52,547 nt of DNA from positions 1-52,547 of the forward strand of contig CAZTWC010000004.1 in assembly GCA_964617105.1 (NCBI GenBank), given 5' to 3'. How positions within the stretch are numbered: the first letter of the stretch is position 1; each line of letters starts with the position of its first letter. The position numbers were made by a program, and so were the translations under genes. The notes under the pieces are model-generated. The model was not told the DNA's origin. It searched no databases and was given only the letters and a program-made list of their open reading frames with translations. Shown one piece after another: positions 49,794 to 52,547 of this stretch. Origin of the DNA: an uncultured Myxococcia bacterium. Its GTDB lineage: Bacteria; CAZTWC01.

Positions 49794-51749
49794 GTGAACA
49801 ATAGAGTATTTACGAATTTGATTATCCTGGTTTTGCTTACCCAAATAAATTTTGTACCCGCAGTTGCTAAAGAGAGTAGCCAACCAAGAGGAAAAGAGAA
49901 CAAAACCATGCACTTTGAACCGATTTTTTTAGAATTGGAGTATGAAATAGATGACCAGAAAAAAGAGGTGGAAAAAAAGAAGAAAAAAAACTACGGCAGA
50001 ATGATCGATTTACGAAAAGTCCAGCCTTTGCTGATTCTAAATTTTCTGGCCCGACCGGGCACCAAGAGATCTCTATTGGAAAGGATGATGGATTATTCCC
50101 TTGATTCCTTCAACCGGCTCGATTTTTTTAAACCTATAGGCCAAAACGATATCAACAATATGCTTACTCTCTCGTTTCCGGAGTTATCCACTGGCTGCAC
50201 TGATGCCAAATGCATCTTGAAGGTGATGACGGTCACCGGCACCAGATTTGCCATTAAAGGCAGTATCCATCCCTGTGGAAAAAAGATGCTTCTGGACATG
50301 CAACTTATCGATGCCAAGAAAGAAACCGCCATCTCCAAAGGCAACCGGTTACTTAAACCCAGGGCAAGCCGGAGAACCATTCAAGCGGCCATAAACGGAA
50401 TAATTATCGACCTGTTACAGTACCTGGTTCCCCAACGGGTTTTAAATAATACCGCCAAGAGACTGGGGCGGATGCTCCCCAATAAACTTGGTGAAAACAA
50501 GGGCGGTATTTGTGTAAACACCAAACCAACCGGAGCCAAACTGGCCCTAAACGGCTTTAAATTAAAAGACAGATCGCCTACTGTTATCGATAAACTTCCC
50601 GAAGGAGAATACTTGATCGAAGGCTTTAAAAAAGATATCTCTGCCAGCCTAAAATTATCACTGTCCACTGGGTACTATACCCCAATTAAGATCAACCTGA
50701 AAAAAAGGAGAAGTAAAACCGGCAAAATAAACATATCTACCGACCCAACTGGTGTGGCTATTTACCTGGACAATAAATTTGTCGGCCAGACCCCCATGAC
50801 GTTAACCGGTCTAAAAACAGGACGTTGTCTCCTGGAGTTGAAAAAAGATTATTATTTGCCCATAAGACAGGAAGTAATCATTGATACTGGAAAAATAAAA
50901 CAACTGGCAGCCAGGATGGAGAGAGGGGCAATTATGGAGGTTACTTCAACGCCCAAACCAGCCAAATTAAAAATTATACGCCTGGACTCCCAAAAAACCT
51001 GGACTAAAAAAGCAGACAAAACCTGCACTCTACCGGATTGCATAGAAACCATAACTCCAGCCCATTTGAATATACGGGAAGGTAAATACAAATTAAAATT
51101 AGAAAAAGAGACTTTCTTGCCTCGGGAGAAAGAGGTGTCAATACAAACAGGGGAACTGTTGAAGTTTGACTTGATGCTCAAGTCTTCTTATGGTTCTATT
51201 GAAGTTGTCAGCATTAATCCTCAAGACGCAGAATTGTTGCTAGACGGCAAACCCACCCCAAAAATAGTGAAAAAAAAACCAGGGAAATATATGCTGGAGG
51301 TAAAACGGCCAGGCTATCTTTCTGCGTTCAAGATGATTAAGTTGGACCCGGCGGAGCGGGAACTTATTGTCTTCAACCTATTGGAATCCTCCGAATTGTC
51401 TGCCTTTAAAAAACAGGACAAGATGTACGATTATATCTCCTGGGGGATGTACGGGTTAGCGATTTTTTTAACTGGCACCGGTGGTTATTTGATTAGTTCC
51501 GCCGGAGATTTCGACCGCACAGGCGATGATTATTTCACTAAATATAATGCTGAACTATCTCCCGATAAAATAGCCCTTTACCGGGATAAAGGGCTGGAAA
51601 ACTATAGCAGCGCCAGCAGCAGACGAACTTATGGATATTCCATTCTTACCACCGCCGGACTCTCGGCCTTAGGCGGTTTTTTCACCTGGTATTTAAAGCC
51701 TAAGAATCCCTTTACCCAAAAGCCGGAAACTGAGGCTAAAAACCAGTAG
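49794..51749 (+). CDS. PEGA domain-containing membrane protein
   Basis: Signal peptide, an alpha/beta domain with GCTDAKC, four PEGA-like repeats (e.g. GKINISTDPTGVAIYLDNKFVGQTPMTLTGLKTG), two C-terminal hydrophobic helices. GGAG RBS before GTG 49794. Confidence 0.85.
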   Translation: MNNRVFTNLIILVLLTQINFVPAVAKESSQPRGKENKTMHFEPIFLELEYEIDDQKKEVEKKKKKNYGRMIDLRKVQPLLILNFLARPGTKRSLLERMMDYSLDSFNRLDFFKPIGQNDINNMLTLSFPELSTGCTDAKCILKVMTVTGTRFAIKGSIHPCGKKMLLDMQLIDAKKETAISKGNRLLKPRASRRTIQAAINGIIIDLLQYLVPQRVLNNTAKRLGRMLPNKLGENKGGICVNTKPTGAKLALNGFKLKDRSPTVIDKLPEGEYLIEGFKKDISASLKLSLSTGYYTPIKINLKKRRSKTGKINISTDPTGVAIYLDNKFVGQTPMTLTGLKTGRCLLELKKDYYLPIRQEVIIDTGKIKQLAARMERGAIMEVTSTPKPAKLKIIRLDSQKTWTKKADKTCTLPDCIETITPAHLNIREGKYKLKLEKETFLPREKEVSIQTGELLKFDLMLKSSYGSIEVVSINPQDAELLLDGKPTPKIVKKKPGKYMLEVKRPGYLSAFKMIKLDPAERELIVFNLLESSELSAFKKQDKMYDYISWGMYGLAIFLTGTGGYLISSAGDFDRTGDDYFTKYNAELSPDKIALYRDKGLENYSSASSRRTYGYSILTTAGLSALGGFFTWYLKPKNPFTQKPETEAKNQ

Positions 51750-51791
51750 AGTTTAGCAGGGATCGGATGATACTTAATGGAGATAAACAAG

Positions 51792-52547
51792 ATGAGATTT
51801 CTCAGAAATATTATTGGATTCATTTTGATGCTGGCCATGGTTTTGATGGTTATCAATTGCAGTCCCAAAAAAAAGGCTGGAGATTTTAAACATCCTCTTG
51901 ATGCTCAAAACGGTTCCAGTTCGGAAAAACTAACCCAATTGTTCAATTTCCAGGCCGAGGCTCAAATAAATCAGGCATCTCTCTCCTGGCAAGTGCCGGC
52001 AGGGTTGACATACAGTAAAATCGTTATTGCCCGGAAAGATCATACCAAAAAAGATGCCCAGGAGGAGATCCTGGCCGAACTGAAAAAAAATAAACTTCAG
52101 TATATTGATAAATTTGACCTGGACCAGGTGCTGTTTACTGACAATCAGACCAAACTTATTTATCGCCTGTGGCTAAAGGGAGATGAAGGCACTAGTGCTG
52201 CGGTGGAATCAGCCCCGGTGGTGGTGCAATTGGATAGCGACCTGGATGAACACCGGGATCACCTGGAGATACAGAAAAATTGTGACCCTCATAATAAAGC
52301 CGTATTTCCCGGTAACTCGGAAACTTGCGATGGCTTTGACAACGATTGCGATGGTAAAACCGATAACAGCCTCGATATCCCGGCCGGTACGCTATCCAAA
52401 GGAGTTTGTCACAGCGCCAAAAAAATATGCCGGGGAGTGAAGGGCTGGCAAGAACCTGATTACAGCACTATAGAAAAATTTCAGGAACAGGAAACCTGGT
52501 GTGACAACCTGGATAATGATTGCGATGGCCAAACTGATGAGGTTCAG
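51792..52547 (+). CDS. lipoprotein with FN3-like domain and MopE-like Cys/Asp metal-binding repeats (3'-truncated; absent from ORF track)
   Basis: Manual translation: MRFLRNIIGFILMLAMVLMVINC (lipobox-like)...ASLSWQVP...NCDPHNKAVFPGNSETCDGFDNDCDGKTD...GVC...C..ETWCDNLDNDCDGQTDE. Open to the window end. Confidence 0.85.
   Translation, partial: MRFLRNIIGFILMLAMVLMVINCSPKKKAGDFKHPLDAQNGSSSEKLTQLFNFQAEAQINQASLSWQVPAGLTYSKIVIARKDHTKKDAQEEILAELKKNKLQYIDKFDLDQVLFTDNQTKLIYRLWLKGDEGTSAAVESAPVVVQLDSDLDEHRDHLEIQKNCDPHNKAVFPGNSETCDGFDNDCDGKTDNSLDIPAGTLSKGVCHSAKKICRGVKGWQEPDYSTIEKFQEQETWCDNLDNDCDGQTDEVQ

Noticed and set aside
52183-52440. 85-aa ORF from the track
   Set aside because: It is an alternate frame of the real lipoprotein CDS starting at 51792.

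Overview
Bacterial genomic window from a scaffold with one 10-N gap. The protein repertoire (Cys-rich lipoproteins, PEGA proteins, MopE-like repeats, FHA-GAF, AGPS-like oxidoreductase) suggests Myxococcota or a related deltaproteobacterium; this is inference. The left third (1-17.8 kb) holds mostly housekeeping and envelope genes: 3' part of miaB, a DUF151 nuclease, tRNA-Arg(TCT), an AGPS-like FAD oxidoreductase with a degenerate partner, an FHA-GAF-GAF protein, an NtrY-like histidine kinase, a GT-C glycosyltransferase with a partner, purQ/purL, then a Ca-binding-repeat lipoprotein, a TPR-like membrane protein and a probable outer-membrane beta-barrel. A 125-bp palindromic element follows. The dominant feature is a ~31.7-kb minus-strand cluster (17978-49644) of three overlapping giant lipoprotein genes. 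Two are paralogous poly-Ig-like proteins (3763 aa with 31 repeats; 2362 aa with 19 repeats) that are colinear and differ by a 12-domain block of alternating A/B repeats. Between them is a ~4430-aa protein, split by the assembly gap into the 3450-aa and 965-aa ORFs. It has a WapA/Rhs-type N-terminal domain, ~25 FN3-like repeats and a lectin-like C-terminal region, but no Rhs core. A divergent PEGA protein and a truncated MopE-repeat lipoprotein (absent from the ORF track) close the window. No CRISPR array, transposase, integrase or reverse transcriptase was seen.
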